Source of the DNA: Acanthaster planci
Taxonomy: Eukaryota
NCBI RefSeq assembly: GCF_001949145.1
Contig: NW_019091357.1
Span: forward strand, 2,453,920 to 2,517,919
Direction: 5' to 3'
Length of the DNA stretch: 64,000 nucleotides
A program made the translations under genes and the position numbers. The notes below the pieces were generated by a model that was not told where the DNA came from, searched no databases, and was given only the letters and a program-made list of their open reading frames with translations. Shown here in pieces: positions 12,501 to 24,900 of this stretch (position 1 is the stretch's first letter; each line of letters begins with the position of its first letter).

Positions 12501-15500
12501 TTTGTGCTACCATGGAGGATATTCCTCCATGGTGCTACCAATGACACGTTCACTGTTTGGACACTTTGAATAATTAGGTTTTATACTTGGCAACGAGGGA
12601 ATAGAATCGGTCATAGGAATATTACCCGGCTCATACACCAACCAATAAAGGTTAGGATTGACCACTGTAGGGCCTATTCCCATATCATAAAATCTCATTG
12701 TGTTCACTCACCAGGGACGTGTGAGTGGCCAGTGTTTCGTCCTCCACGGCTCCGTCAGGGTCTTTGGCGTCATACCAAGGCGTCCAACGATTAAGGGCTA
12801 ATTGGGAGCAAGACAGCGAAGGGACAACGGAAAACAAAATGCAGAGAGGCAGAACGAAACTAAGCAATACGAAAGAGAACATTCAAGTGTCGAAAGCAAA
12901 CGCCAGCTGTTTTGATCGGAGAAATATGGAAGGGCTGCGTAGCACCGTGATCAGAATAGCGACAAGAATATAATATCAAACGAGTGAGTGCTCTGAAATA
13001 TTTCAGAGCAACTGTTTTGATCGGCACGGTTTTGTCTATGACTAAATTCCGTTTTCATCTCTTGTTTTCTACCTGGATGTTTAATCTTGACATTGTGTTT
13101 GATACCTTCAAGATTAGCTTGTCTTTAGGTTGTTTCACATTAAGCCTATGATGGGTAGGCCTGATCTCATAATGAAGATAGACGACACTCACACAGATTT
13201 AGAGATGTCTTTGGCAGGAACGCACCGACAGGTCATCCATTCTGTGATTGGCCAGGTTCAGGCCAATCACGAGGCGCGCTGTCATAAGAACATAGGTCGC
13301 GTCCAAATTATGTACCTTGTACTAGGTCTTTGCCGTGTGTATATAAGGCCTATGTGGGTATCTTCTGACAACAGCCCGAGCCCTAGTTCTGGAAGCCGTT
13401 TTCGGGATGAGACCTGAGCCCCCAAAAGGAGATGTCCCGGTGAGTTGCCAAGTCCCAGAATCTAACTAACTTTGAGAGATAGAAGTCTTTAAAGCATACT
13501 TACGTTCGGGACATTGGTAGCGGACCTTGTAGTCGTAACACCAGTAGCCATGTTCCGCACTCTGATCAGCACCACGGCACTCCAACCCAGACGATAACGT
13601 GCAGCTGATGTTCAGTACCTGCCCGGTCTCATTGGATGGTAGGCCGTCATAAACTGTACGGCACTCGATGTCGCTGGGATACTTGCAGAGCAGATCATAC
13701 TTCTGTCTTTGTTTGATCAGCGTTTCTCTGTCGTCGCCATCCAGGGTGTTATCAGCACTCAACCACGGTGTCCAATACATGACACCTGTAGCCAAATGAA
13801 AACAAACATCAAAACCATCATCTGTTCGGACGGTGGAATTTGAGACAAGGGCCATTTTTGGGAGACGGTGGTCAGGGGAGTTAGCAAAAATTTGAAGGTA
13901 CATAAAATTCCGTATCTATTAGTGTTCCATTAAATTCTGAGCTGAAGGGCCAGAAAGGGAACGAGCATTCAGAGCGGGAAACTGTTTAGAGGGAGCCGGT
14001 ACCTTGCTCCTCGGTTAGTTACGACAATGCACAGACTTTTCCAAACCGCATTTTACATAAATGAAGTTCGCGAGCTGGACGAGAGTCAACTTTGAGTCAA
14101 ACCCTAGCCCTCAATTCTTCCCCGAACAACAGCAAATCCAAAAGTCACTATTTGATCTGGAGTCTCTATCTCTCTTTCGTAGGAAGAGACTTGACACTCA
14201 CGTTTCGGAATGGTGACCCTCTTGGACACACTACCCCCGCGAGCAGTGTCCACTGCCTCGCACACGAAGATGACATCGGATGAAAAGCTGAGATCGCGAG
14301 CGACCAAGATCGATCGTCTTCTATAGCTGTTGGGTGAACTCTCGTAAATAGCCACGTCTGCCGACGAGGAAACCGGCTCAAAGTGCGCGCCGTCGACTGA
14401 GCGATGCCAGACGATAGTCGGTTGACTGCCAGCCTTGGCAAGGCACTCCAGCTCGACCCCAAAGCTGTCCTCGTGACTGTGCTTCCTCAGGTAGTGGATG
14501 AGAAGCTTGGATTCTGGTTAAGGAACGGTTTGAAGAAATACAGAAAAATGTAAACAAAATTACGAAGAATGCTGAAGTAATAAACGACGATCCATGAGTG
14601 TGCTTCAAAAATCTAGATTCAATTTGAACATCCAACTTAACGAATTTGTCCACTGTGAAACGCATCAATTCTGTAACGTAAAAAAGAAGACTTTTTTGTT
14701 ACAAAACTTACCGGAGGTTTCTTGAAGATACGCGTTCTGGACTTCTGTTTCGTTGAAAGCCTTGTAAAACATCTTAAAATTGCTGAAGTCTCCGTCAATC
14801 AGCTCTAGTGGCCACCCACTTGGATCGTTGTTTCTCGAAAACATGACGACATCGTCATAATTCGAAGCAGAACTGCCCCCGATTTCGACTGTGTCGGTGG
14901 TCTCAACGAAAACACCGTCCTTGTAATAATTTGCTCCGACCCCCGGCTCGTAGGTGAAAGAGTGGTGTGTCCACTGATCGTCGGGGAAGTAGCTCATTAC
15001 GTTCAGTTTGAAAGCCTGTGAAGTAACGAAACCCCTAACATCGAAAGTAATATAGTCTCCTAAGTATAGTGCCAACCCCCTCGCCTTTGAAGCATGACCA
15101 CCGGTCGACATTATGATAGTTGTAGGAGTGAATGCTGGCGTTCTATTCCTCATCCAGAATGTCATAGTAAAGCCCGACGTGCAGCAGACAGGCTCGGAGA
15201 TGCATCTGTCGTTACCTGATCCGTAGTTAATCCAACCTGCCTTCTGGTTCCTGACGGCACACAGGTGATCCGACGAGTCGAAGCTGTCGGTGACATCAAG
15301 GGTGCCACCTATGATGCCCGTCATGCCACCAGCAGTGGGGTAGATGGACGACACAGTACCTACACAGGTCACGGGTTCATCAGCGTCCACCGACGTCTTG
15401 GTGCTCATATCCCAGTGGAAATGTGGCTCGGGAAAGGCATCTAAAACACAGACAGCAGCAACACTGAGAAGTTAAGATTTATCTTCCTGAATGTGATTAA

Positions 15501-17573
15501 ATCTCACCAGTTTTGGTTAGGTCTGGCCATGTCTGGTCAAGCCAGTCCAACCGCGTGGAGAAATGAACGGATTTGAGATGGGGGCCAGTTCAGTCAAGTC
15601 AGCTCAGGACAAGTCAAATCAAATTTAAAACATATCTTATATTGATACAATTAGATTGATTCTAACCAGACAAAATACTTCAGGGTGTTTGTTTATATAT
15701 TGCGACTTCGCCCAAATTGTGATTCAAGTTTCTGTTCCCCGAGTCTTGTGCATCTTATCGGAGAAGCACAGACGTAGGTCTAGTATAATGCTACTGTGAA
15801 ATAACTCGGGTACCGTTCGAGGTCGGGCACTGGAATCTTATCTCGTAATCAAGGCATCGTCGCGAGTCGGCTTGGTCGGCGTCTCGGCACAGCAACCCTC
15901 CGGTAGGAGAACAGCCGGTGACCAGCGTCTGGCCTGCAGTCACGTGGTCGGTGTGCAGGAATCGAACCCGGCAGTTGGCTTGGGTAGGAGTGGGGCACAC
16001 GGCGGGATGCACCTACACAAGCCAGCGCAGCGAGAAGGAAAAACACGGCACAATCTCACAACGTTGCTAAGCGCAAAATACTGCCAAGTAAGTTTATGCC
16101 CTAAGCAAGTATCAGGAGGGAACCAGTCACGTGAAACGTAGAATGCAATTTCAGTTGCCATGGTTAACCCACCTTTTCAAAGCAAATACTTTTTAGCCCA
16201 GCACATCTGTGGCTTCTGTGTGACCGACATAGAGACAGACACAGACGCTGAGTGACAGACAAACAGACTAACCGCTTTGACCGCTGCATGAGTTTCATCG
16301 TCCGTGCCATCATCAGGATTGTCCACGTTGTACCATGCCGTCCAGCTGGTGGGCGGTACAGTTGGGGGTATTGGCGATTCTTTTAAGTTAACGAGAGAAA
16401 AGATTCCACGCTGGTGTTTCATTTACGGAATAGGCCGAGATATAAATAGGGTGGAATTGCTTGACATCCTTCGAGAAAGCACACTTGAAACAACAAATTT
16501 CAAGAACAAGCAAATTGTACCACGTCATCGAATACTGATGGTGAAATTGCCTCGTTGTTGACACTATCGAGCGATACGATTTCGATACTTTTTACCTAAC
16601 AGGAGTCGGGCTTTGATGTGCCTTTCTGGAGGCTGCACGAAAATTTTGCGAGAATTATTTGGAACACTGCCGTACACAGGAGGGTGGAATCCGCCTTCTA
16701 CCCCCTTTGCTGGTCACAAATCATGGAACATTCAAGCCGTTAATGGACTCGTAACGAAGGACACGCATGATAATGGACAAGAACTCGGCAGATGAGGCCA
16801 AGACTTACCGTTAGCACATTGCGCACACGCAGACGGTAGTTGCAGAAACAAACACTGCATGAGGAAAAAGGTCTATGTTCAGAAAGGATGCCATATTTGC
16901 TGAGGCTCCCACCACCCACTCGAGTCTTGACGAGTTCACGAAACATGATGTCCATACTTCCCCAGTTCCGTCAAAACCGGTGTTGAATCGACATCAACAC
17001 ATTTTAAGCCTCCACTTTTAAGCCTAAATCTGAGCCTTCGTCCAGCGCCACTCCTTTCAACTCAGACCTTCCAAAATATTTCTTCGGTTATACACAGCCT
17101 TTGGCAAAGATCAGAGCCAATAGTTTAATGAGAAATAACTGTCTAGTGTCTGCGTCCGAAATTTTAATTTTCACATGGTGTTTTGCTCATCACTGACGTA
17201 TATTCAAACGTTGTACACACTTCGTATTGTTCCAAGGCTTGTAAACGTCAGTACTAGCATAGGAAGGCTGTTGTGGGTTTGAGTCCCATCCAAATTGCTT
17301 GTAAATTCGGACAAGAGTTACTTTACAGTGTTAAAAAAAATAATATTACCTTTGGAGGAAGGTCAAAGCACCTTCCAAAAAAAATCACTTGTTGTGGTAC
17401 TGAATCTTACTCATTTGATAAGAGCAGACTTAAAACATATTATGACACTTTGTCTTTGTTTGTTGTATAACATGTGAAATGTTTATAAAAGGTGAAAACA
17501 AAAAACAAACAAAACAAAACAATCCCCACACATAAGAACTAAGACTTACCATACATAGGACGAGCCCTTTCAT
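6517..17573 (-). CDS. Paralog A: multi-exon extracellular protein SP-WxxW-LamG-Ig-WxxW-WxxW-Ig-F5/8C(discoidin)-Ig-Ig-Ig-Ig (~1330 aa); no TM seen, 3' end tentative
   Basis: Phase-consistent GT-AG exons in transcript order: 17573-17550 and 16854-16809 (MKGLVLCMCLFLQLPSACAQCAN, signal peptide); 16379-16273 and 16012-15814 (WTAWYNVDNP...DDET...CLDYEIRFQCP, Mucin2_WxxW/CysD); 15440-14712 (LamG/ConA-like, GFTMTFW...QWTHHSFTY); 14513-14202 (Ig); 13785-13504 (WxxW); 12797-12712 and 11960-11765 (WxxW); 11589-11266 (Ig); 10982-10891, 10528-10439, 9862-9731, 9481-9337 (F5/8C: NQWLDFDLG, ITGIAVQG, TRFLRF...RVEIYGC); 9017-8721, 8591-8286, 8179-8022 plus 7753-7600, 6982-6683 (Ig, DxGxYxC in the last three). 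Putative last exon ~6563-6517 ends in TGA. Confidence 0.85.
14712..15440 (-). CDS. LamG/concanavalin A-like (pentraxin-like) domain exon of paralog A
   Basis: 729-nt phase 1-1 exon inside ORF 14665..15408; CISEPVCCTSGFTMTFW, WTHHSFTY, NYYKDG and IDGDFSNFKMFYKAF motifs typical of Laminin_G_3-type folds. Confidence 0.85.
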
Positions 17574-18151
17574 TCTAGCCTTAATACCCATCACCACTGT
17601 CACTTCCAAATGTGACTTGAAGAGAGCGCGTCAGCTCCTCAGAGAATGATGATGATGCGATCATTATCTGTTCTAATACACGGCCACCTGGCTTAATAAG
17701 GCACCACTAAACACGCTGGACACCAATGAAAATGTGCTACCGTCGGATGGCGGTGACATTCCCAAGCAGTCGGTGACAGTCTCATGAGCGTGCGCAGTTG
17801 CGATTTTTTAGAAGTGGGAAAAAATTACTATGGAACGCCAAAGAGGCAAGAACTCGGTGGTAATACATCGAGCATTCTTCAACATCGATTGATCGATCCA
17901 CTACATCGATCGGTCCCCTACGTCAATTCATCGTTCTTTAACGTCGTTCTCTTTTTATTGATGAAAAAAGTGCGATTGAAAAAGAGCGATGGAGAACGGG
18001 CGATGGAGAACGAGCGATGGAGAGGGAGCGATCTGACGAAGGTCGGTGAAATTACACCGATGCGAGCTGTGAACAATTGTATGAGTGCGCGCATGCGTAT
18101 ACACGCAATTTCACCTCTGCCTGCTAAGTTGGTTCATAGAGCTACAAACCT

Positions 18152-18519
18152 TGGTTGGAGTGGACTTTGGCCGCCATCCATGAAGTGTTTGTGTTTTCCA
18201 AATTGTTTTCTTAACAAGAAGCGTTTTGTGGCTAAGAAAATAGCAAGCCTGAGGGAAACCTGTTTATGCAACCAGACCCCGAGCGTACATACATGTCCGA
18301 CTGGAAAAAAAACAGCACACCGGATGAATGGGAACGTTGCGGCAACGTGCCCGTTTATCCGGTGTGTTCTCCCGGAAATCCAAGCATGCCAAAAAAAAAA
18401 TGAGACCGTTATACCGGTTTCCCTTGCTATTTTCTTAGCCACAAAACACCCTTTGTAAAGAAAACAATGTGGAAAACCGCAAACAAAATTCATGGTGGCG
18501 GCCAAACTCCACTGCAACC
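18152..18519. mobile_element. Foldback/MITE-like palindromic element
   Basis: Long imperfect inverted arms (ggttggagtggactttggccgcca...ttttgtggctaagaaaatagcaag / cttgctattttcttagccacaaaa...tggcggccaaactccactgcaacc) centred on cgttgcggcaacg at ~18340. Confidence 0.75.
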
Positions 18520-18539
18520 GACTTAACACACTGCGTGAT

Positions 18540-18807
18540 TATAGACCTTTTTTCACCCACGTGACTGGATTGCGATAAGTGTAAACAATACCACAACGTA
18601 CGTATGGACCGCCTTGGCCAACTTGAGGGTGATCGCGTATTTTCCTACGGGCAGTTTCAACCACGAGGAAACGCACATGCGAACGCTGCATGCTTGACTA
18701 GTTTATCTTGAATAGGTAGATTACCATCACAGCACTATGCACTCATTACCTTCACAACACATCACAGGCCCAGAACGATTGCGACATCACAGAGGAAAAG
18801 GTCTATA
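18540..18807. mobile_element. MITE with TATAGACCTTTT...AAAAGGTCTATA termini
   Basis: 12-bp terminal inverted repeat with TA ends, no coding capacity. Confidence 0.6.
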
Positions 18808-20097
18808 ATGCGACTTGACATTTGAATCCAGACGGTACTTATTTAAATCAAATCCTCAGGCTACCCGATCCTCGCCAGATGAGACACCCTTGGCAAAGAG
18901 TCACATAATGTTTTTTTTCTTTAACGTGCCCTTGGATGGACTGACTCGTTCTCAAACAATTATCATCGCGACAACCCGCCATTTCGCCGACGTTTAAGCC
19001 CGCGCGTCTTTTTTCCCCTTAATTCCCCTTAAGAAATACGTTTTGGGGTAGTTTACATCCTTTCTGCTTCTTTATTGATTGGGATCAGAGTCACTTCCTC
19101 TGGTATTCCGCTTCTGTCGATCTACAGTGACCTGCTTGTGATTACAACAGACCTCTTTTCCATCCGTTTCTTCTTTCACTGGTCTGTGAATTCAATAAAG
19201 CAAACCCATTTGCACGGCGCCTTCTCAGGAATCGTTAATGACCGAGCAATCTTCAATCGGTTAATCGAAAAAAAAATGGTTCTGGTCCACACGAGAACAG
19301 CAAACGCCCGCGGAGAAAAATGTCAGTCTGAAGCTGAGGAGATCTTCGAAAATTCGTGTTTTTCAAACAGTGATTGCTCACATCAGGTGCACCGAGTAGA
19401 GCTGTCTGACATTTCTCCGCTATTACCCACCGTTTGTTCGTGATAGTTATGTCTATGTACCAACGTCCACAATTGCGCCCTGATTGGGGCTTATTGTTCA
19501 GTGTTGCCGCAAGGTCACAGTGACTGGTGGTTTGCGCAGCTCCTGCCCAACTTCGTCAAAATAAAACAGCTGTCTACCTGACGAGTAGGCACCCGTTCCT
19601 GTTTGTTGATCTCGGCAATAGTTTCATCAACTGTTCTGATACGGAACCGTCGTTTAAGGTAACAGTGTTTTTATATCATTTGACATGAAGATGATTGTAC
19701 TGGTGAGTGCTTTTGTCAATGAACGTTTTGAAAGAGGGAAAGACAGTCCATGAATTCCGCTGTAGGCAAGTTGAACCCCCCATCTCAAAACAGCTGACTT
19801 TTGGTGTTAAGAGGAAAGCAACGTAGAATGCATACTTTGGTTTGGCAACGCTTTCCAAGTCTTTTGACTCCATAAAGAGATTAGACAGATATTTTGAATG
19901 CTATAACAATGGTGATTAACCATTACACATAATTATTTCTCTCTATATTTTCTATTTGAATTCCCTTTATATGTTTATCTTTTCTTTCTTCCTTTGACTT
20001 TCTGAGACTTTTCTGGGCTGAGACACAGCGTGGCCTTATCCTGAGTTTCCTAAATGATTTCATTTGATAGAATTTAGTATTTATATTGTTGTATTAG

Positions 20098-20346
20098 TCA
20101 TTCCGCGAGGTTGGGGTACAATTTGTGACGGTGTAAATTGTTACATGGGTTCCGTAAAAATGAACATCTATTTCCCTGCATGTGGATTCCAAATTGGCAT
20201 TGTTATACATCTTGCAAGGCTGAATACAGAGGTGTGTGTTATATTTACAGAGTAAATGACCTACTCTACAGGTCATGACAGGTGGTAACAGGTTTTGGAT
20301 GTAACGAGGACACCGTCACAAATTGTGCCCCAACCCCATGGAATGA
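20098..20346. mobile_element. MITE-like element with ~50-bp imperfect TIRs
   Basis: tcattccgcgaggttggggtacaatttgtgacggtgt / acaccgtcacaaattgtgccccaaccccatggaatga. Confidence 0.65.
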
Positions 20347-20602
20347 ACCTTGTACAAAGAGGTGAAGAGAATCGAGGGGGAGCCGCTTTCATGCTGCCTT
20401 TATCTCAGTCGCCTTTTCATCTAGAAATGATGGGAAAATGCTGAAAACTCCTCTGTTGTGATGCATAAAACGATAGAGGGAAGGTCCAATTATGCAGATT
20501 CGTTAATACATTTCTTTTGTTCTTGTGGGGTTATGGTTTACAGGGATGAATTTTGGTCTACTTTGCTACCTTTTTCAGCAACCATTTTTCTTATAATTGT
20601 AG

Positions 20603-20880
20603 GTTCTTCTGTGGGGTACTACACCGTGGTGCGACCGCGCTGGAGCGCTCCATCCTCGTTCAAGATTAAGTTCTACCACTTGCGCTCCTTGATACGGTGC
20701 GCTACTGTCTGTCTGGAGGATCGAGAGTGCGTTAGTTTTAACTACGCGGACGAGCCCGGTGAAGGATCTCTGAAATCCTGTGAACTCTTCGGCGGGTATT
20801 ACAGCATAGCGCAACTGGCGCATACGCCCAAGGTGCATTATTTCACCTTAGAAAACCAAAAACAGATCAAACGGGCATAA
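20603..20880 (+). CDS. Terminal exon encoding a PAN/apple-like domain; upstream exon(s) not identified
   Basis: Acceptor ttgtag followed by ...RSLIRCATVCLEDRECVSFNY...KSCELF..., the C-x3-C-x5-C-x-S-F-x-Y...C-x-L pattern of PAN domains; AATAAA at ~20960. Confidence 0.65.
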
Positions 20881-21994
20881 AAAAGCCCAATTTCACTCAT
20901 GTTTGTGTGCACGCGAAAACAACCATCCATCAGGAAAGAGTTTGTCTCAGGAGTTGACAAATAAAATAGCAAAATTGCTACAGAAATATTATCTTTCATT
21001 AAACCGTTCAGTTCCTAGTTGGACTGGAAAATAACAAGTTGGTCATATAAACACAACTGTCAGAATAAATCCCTCCTCGTTGGAATGTGTTAGAAATGGG
21101 TAGCTAAGTTAATATTGTAATTCCATTTACATGTGAGATAACAATTTAAAGTGAGTGTGATATCGGAATTTTAAGCATGGCAAATAGTTATTAGATGAAT
21201 CAGATTATTGCAAAAGGTGTTCATTAAATCTACGGAAAGAATTATCTAACACTATTATATACAGGGGCATGATTTATTTATTTAAACTTGCAGTTGAAAT
21301 AAACACACACAGTGACGGCACTATTCGTGTCCCGCTTTATACCATTCATTTTTTATTTCCTCAGATTTTGAAAATAAGCATTTACCACTGCACAATCAAG
21401 ATGCTATCTTTCGACACAAATGCCGCTATTAAAAAGGATTAATTTAGGAACTAAAACTGACTAAAAAAAAATTATCCGAATTGGTTTTCAAACTTACACA
21501 AAAGATCACAAGCTATATTTGGAAAACCACCAATTTACTTAAAAAGCCACCCCTTCGTTGACGCAACAGGCTTTTTACGAGTTGCGCAGTGCTGAAAGAC
21601 GACACGTGTACTGTACATGTACGTACGTGTGAATTTGGATACACGATAATGCTCGACGCATCTCGTCCTCTGAAATTAGCATAAATACGTTTTATTTCCC
21701 ACTTTTTAGGTGTGTGTGTGGGGGGTTGTTAATTCCCACAGTACACGTCACTACGGCCGTAGACTGTGCTCTAACACTACTTTCCAAGAGTCACAAAATA
21801 TGAATCAATGCATATTACTAAGAAATTTAAACGCGGTCACTCTGTTGACTTGGAGCTAAACATTGAAACATTAAAAATTGAACAGGAATAATATCACTTA
21901 ATACGGTTTGCACTTAAATATTATCACAATGAACATTCAAAATTACCAATGGACCAAATCTTATGAAATAATGTTTTAAGAAAAGAAATTGTAG

Positions 21995-24900
21995 TTACAT
22001 GTTATTTTCAATTGACTCAGCAAGGTCTACGGGGTCACTGACCTTATGAACCACCACCATCCCAATCATCGGCTGAGTGGGTGTAGAAACGGGCGTGGCT
22101 TTGGGTGGAGTCATGGGCGTGGCTCCTTGGTACCTTGGCTTGATGAGCTTGGGTTTGGGCAGGGCGACTCCTTTGTTCTTGAACATCAGGCGGTCCAGCG
22201 CGTGAACTGAATTATCCCTAGAAAAATAATAGTTTAAGAAAGAATCAGAGTATACTGACACATTTGCATCTGTTTGCCAGTACCCTTAACAGATCTTGTT
22301 TTCGTTGAAGAAAAGGCCTTTCCAATGACGAGGTGAAATTGTTGAGGATGTTCAAAAATAATCTCGCAAATTGTTCGTTAAGACACGATAATCATGATTT
22401 TTCGGCGCCATTTTGTTTCGTTTCATATTCTGTGTCACGTCTGAACGAGCATGAGCAACAAAACGACACAATCAACAGACCGCCATCTTACTTCTTGCAA
22501 ATGTAACGACAAACGAAAGCTGCAGGAATGCCGAGTAGGACGAGACAAACTCCGACGGGTACCAGCCAAGCCAGTTTGCCTGCAACCAAAAAAAAAAAAA
22601 TTGTTAAGAGAATTTAGAACAACCATTCTGAAAAGCTGAAGTGAAATTTAGGATGGAATTTTGATAGCAAGATAATGATACTAAATTATCAAATCCCCTG
22701 TTCCTTTTTATCAGCTTCATGACTGAGGTACACCCCCTTAAATTTGTTTCTTTTCAAAACTTACTTTTCTTTTTCTGTTCAGGTGTATCCACCAATTCCT
22801 CGTCGTCACCATTATCGTCTGGCTGTTCTGCTATGTTAGGTTTTAGGGTCTCAAGATCGTCTGGAAGGAATAATTAATAAAATTTAGGGAAAAAAACACA
22901 TTTTGTGTCTAATTTAGGAAAATTGATTTGTTGCTGCCCAGAGAAGGAATGAAAAATAATGGTGATGACTTGACACGTACCAGGTGGGCGGGAACTGCTT
23001 TCATAAGTACGCATTGTGTTTGTCGTTTCCATGGTAATAGTTGTCACCTGTCCATCTATGATCTCCTCTGTAGTTGGGTCAGATATCAACCTGAGGTTGT
23101 CTGTGTTCCTCTCGGTGATCCTGCCCTTGGGAGACAAAGACACCGTCATCTCTGCTTCCTGGTTACTTGGCGTCTGTGTAGTTTCAGTTAATTGGACCAT
23201 CTCTGGGGTACCCATCTGTCTGTTCTCCGCTGGCGTCGTCGGCATATCATCTGCCCCAGGTTGCTTGAAAGAAACGGTGGGTGTTTGGCCCTGTGGGCTG
23301 GCTGTTCGTGCCAGGGTGCCGCCGGCTGTCGTTTCTTCCAAATCTTGATTAAAGATGCAGAGTGCAAAGACGTTTCAACCAAAGGTCATGCCCGAGCGTA
23401 TAACCTCACCTTCATTTTGACAAAGTTGTTGTTGTAAAATGAAGAACTACATTCCATCAGACGTCACTGATTACGATGGGCACTGTAACGTCATAGCAAA
23501 GTTACCAACTGTCTGAAGTTGTAACCAGGTGGTTGTGAAATCGAGTTAACAGCTCGTGCCGTATTTTGAAATGTAAGCCTCGGACAAGTCGAGATGAAAT
23601 GTCATTAATAAAACAACTAGGGCAATCCCTGGTCCGAGTATGGTATTAATTGAGGAATATAACGTCTTTCCCTACATAAATCATATACTCGTACAAGTTG
23701 TAATTGGTTCCACAGTGATTAGGAAATAAAAAGTATAACGACGTCAAATAAATGGATACTCACCTGAGCTAACTTGCACTGTACCAATGCCCAACCCACG
23801 GTTAATGGAACAGGTATACGTGCCATAATAATCCGCACTAAATGAATAAATAATCAGACGGTAATCGCCGGTGGTAGTCGAAGTAGTGTGCGCCGTCGTG
23901 TTGAATTTGCCGCCCTCTGTCGGCACGAGTAGTTCACCCAGAGTCGTGCTATCTTCCGAAGATAGCTTTCTGTGGTACCAGTCGACAGTGTAGATTCTGT
24001 TGCCGGAGACACGACAGAGAAGGTGAAAGGTCTGCCCGAGGACGGCGTCGCCAGTCGATTTAACTGTCACGTTACCGACAAAGCGGGCTGAAAGTTCATG
24101 CATTAAACAAAATAGCAACGTTAAGGATTATTGGTGTGACAAAACCCCTGTTCTAATGCGTGATATCGTTTTAGTTGTTAGAGAATTTACCCTCACATTC
24201 CCTTGTAGAAAAGCTGTACTNNNNNNNNNNNNNNNNNNNNNNNNNNNNNNNNNNNNNNNNNNNNNNNNNNNNNNNNNNNNNNNNNNNNNNNNNNNNNNNN
24301 NNNNNNNNNNNNNNNNNNNNNNNNNNNNNNNNNNNNNNNNNNNNNNNNNNNNNNNNNNNNNNNNNNNNNNNNNNNNNNNNNNNNNNNNNNNNNNNNNNNN
24401 NNNNNNNNNNNNNNNNNNNNNNNNNNNNNNNNNNNNNNNNNNNNNNNNNNNNNNNNNNNNNNNNNNNNNNNNNNNNNNNNNNNNNNNNNNNNNNNNNNNN
24501 NNNNNNNNNNNNNNNNNNNNNNNNNNNNNNNNNNNNNNNNNNNNNNNNNNNNNNNNNNNNNNNNNNNNNNNNNNNNNNNNNNNNNNNNNNNNNNNNNNNN
24601 NNNNNNNNNNNNNNNNNNNNNNNNNNNNNNNNNNNNNNNNNNNNNNNNNNNNNNNNNNNNNNNNNNNNNNNNNNNNNNNNNNNNNNNNNNNNNNNNNNNN
24701 NNNNNNNNNNNNNNNNNNNNNNNNNNNNNNNNNNNNNNNNNNNNNNNNNNNNNNNNNNNNNNNNNNNNNNNNNNNNNNNNNNNNNNNNNNNNNNNNNNNN
24801 NNNNNNNNNNNNNNNNNNNNNNNNNNNNNNNNNNNNNNNNNNNNNNNNNNNNNNNNNNNNNNNNNNNNNNNNNNNNNNNNNNNNNNNNNNNNNNNNNNNN

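Noticed and set aside
17784..18529. 224-aa and 131-aa ORFs
   Set aside because: They run through a palindromic repeat element, and the shared peptide (SLAIFLATK-like) arises from the inverted arms.
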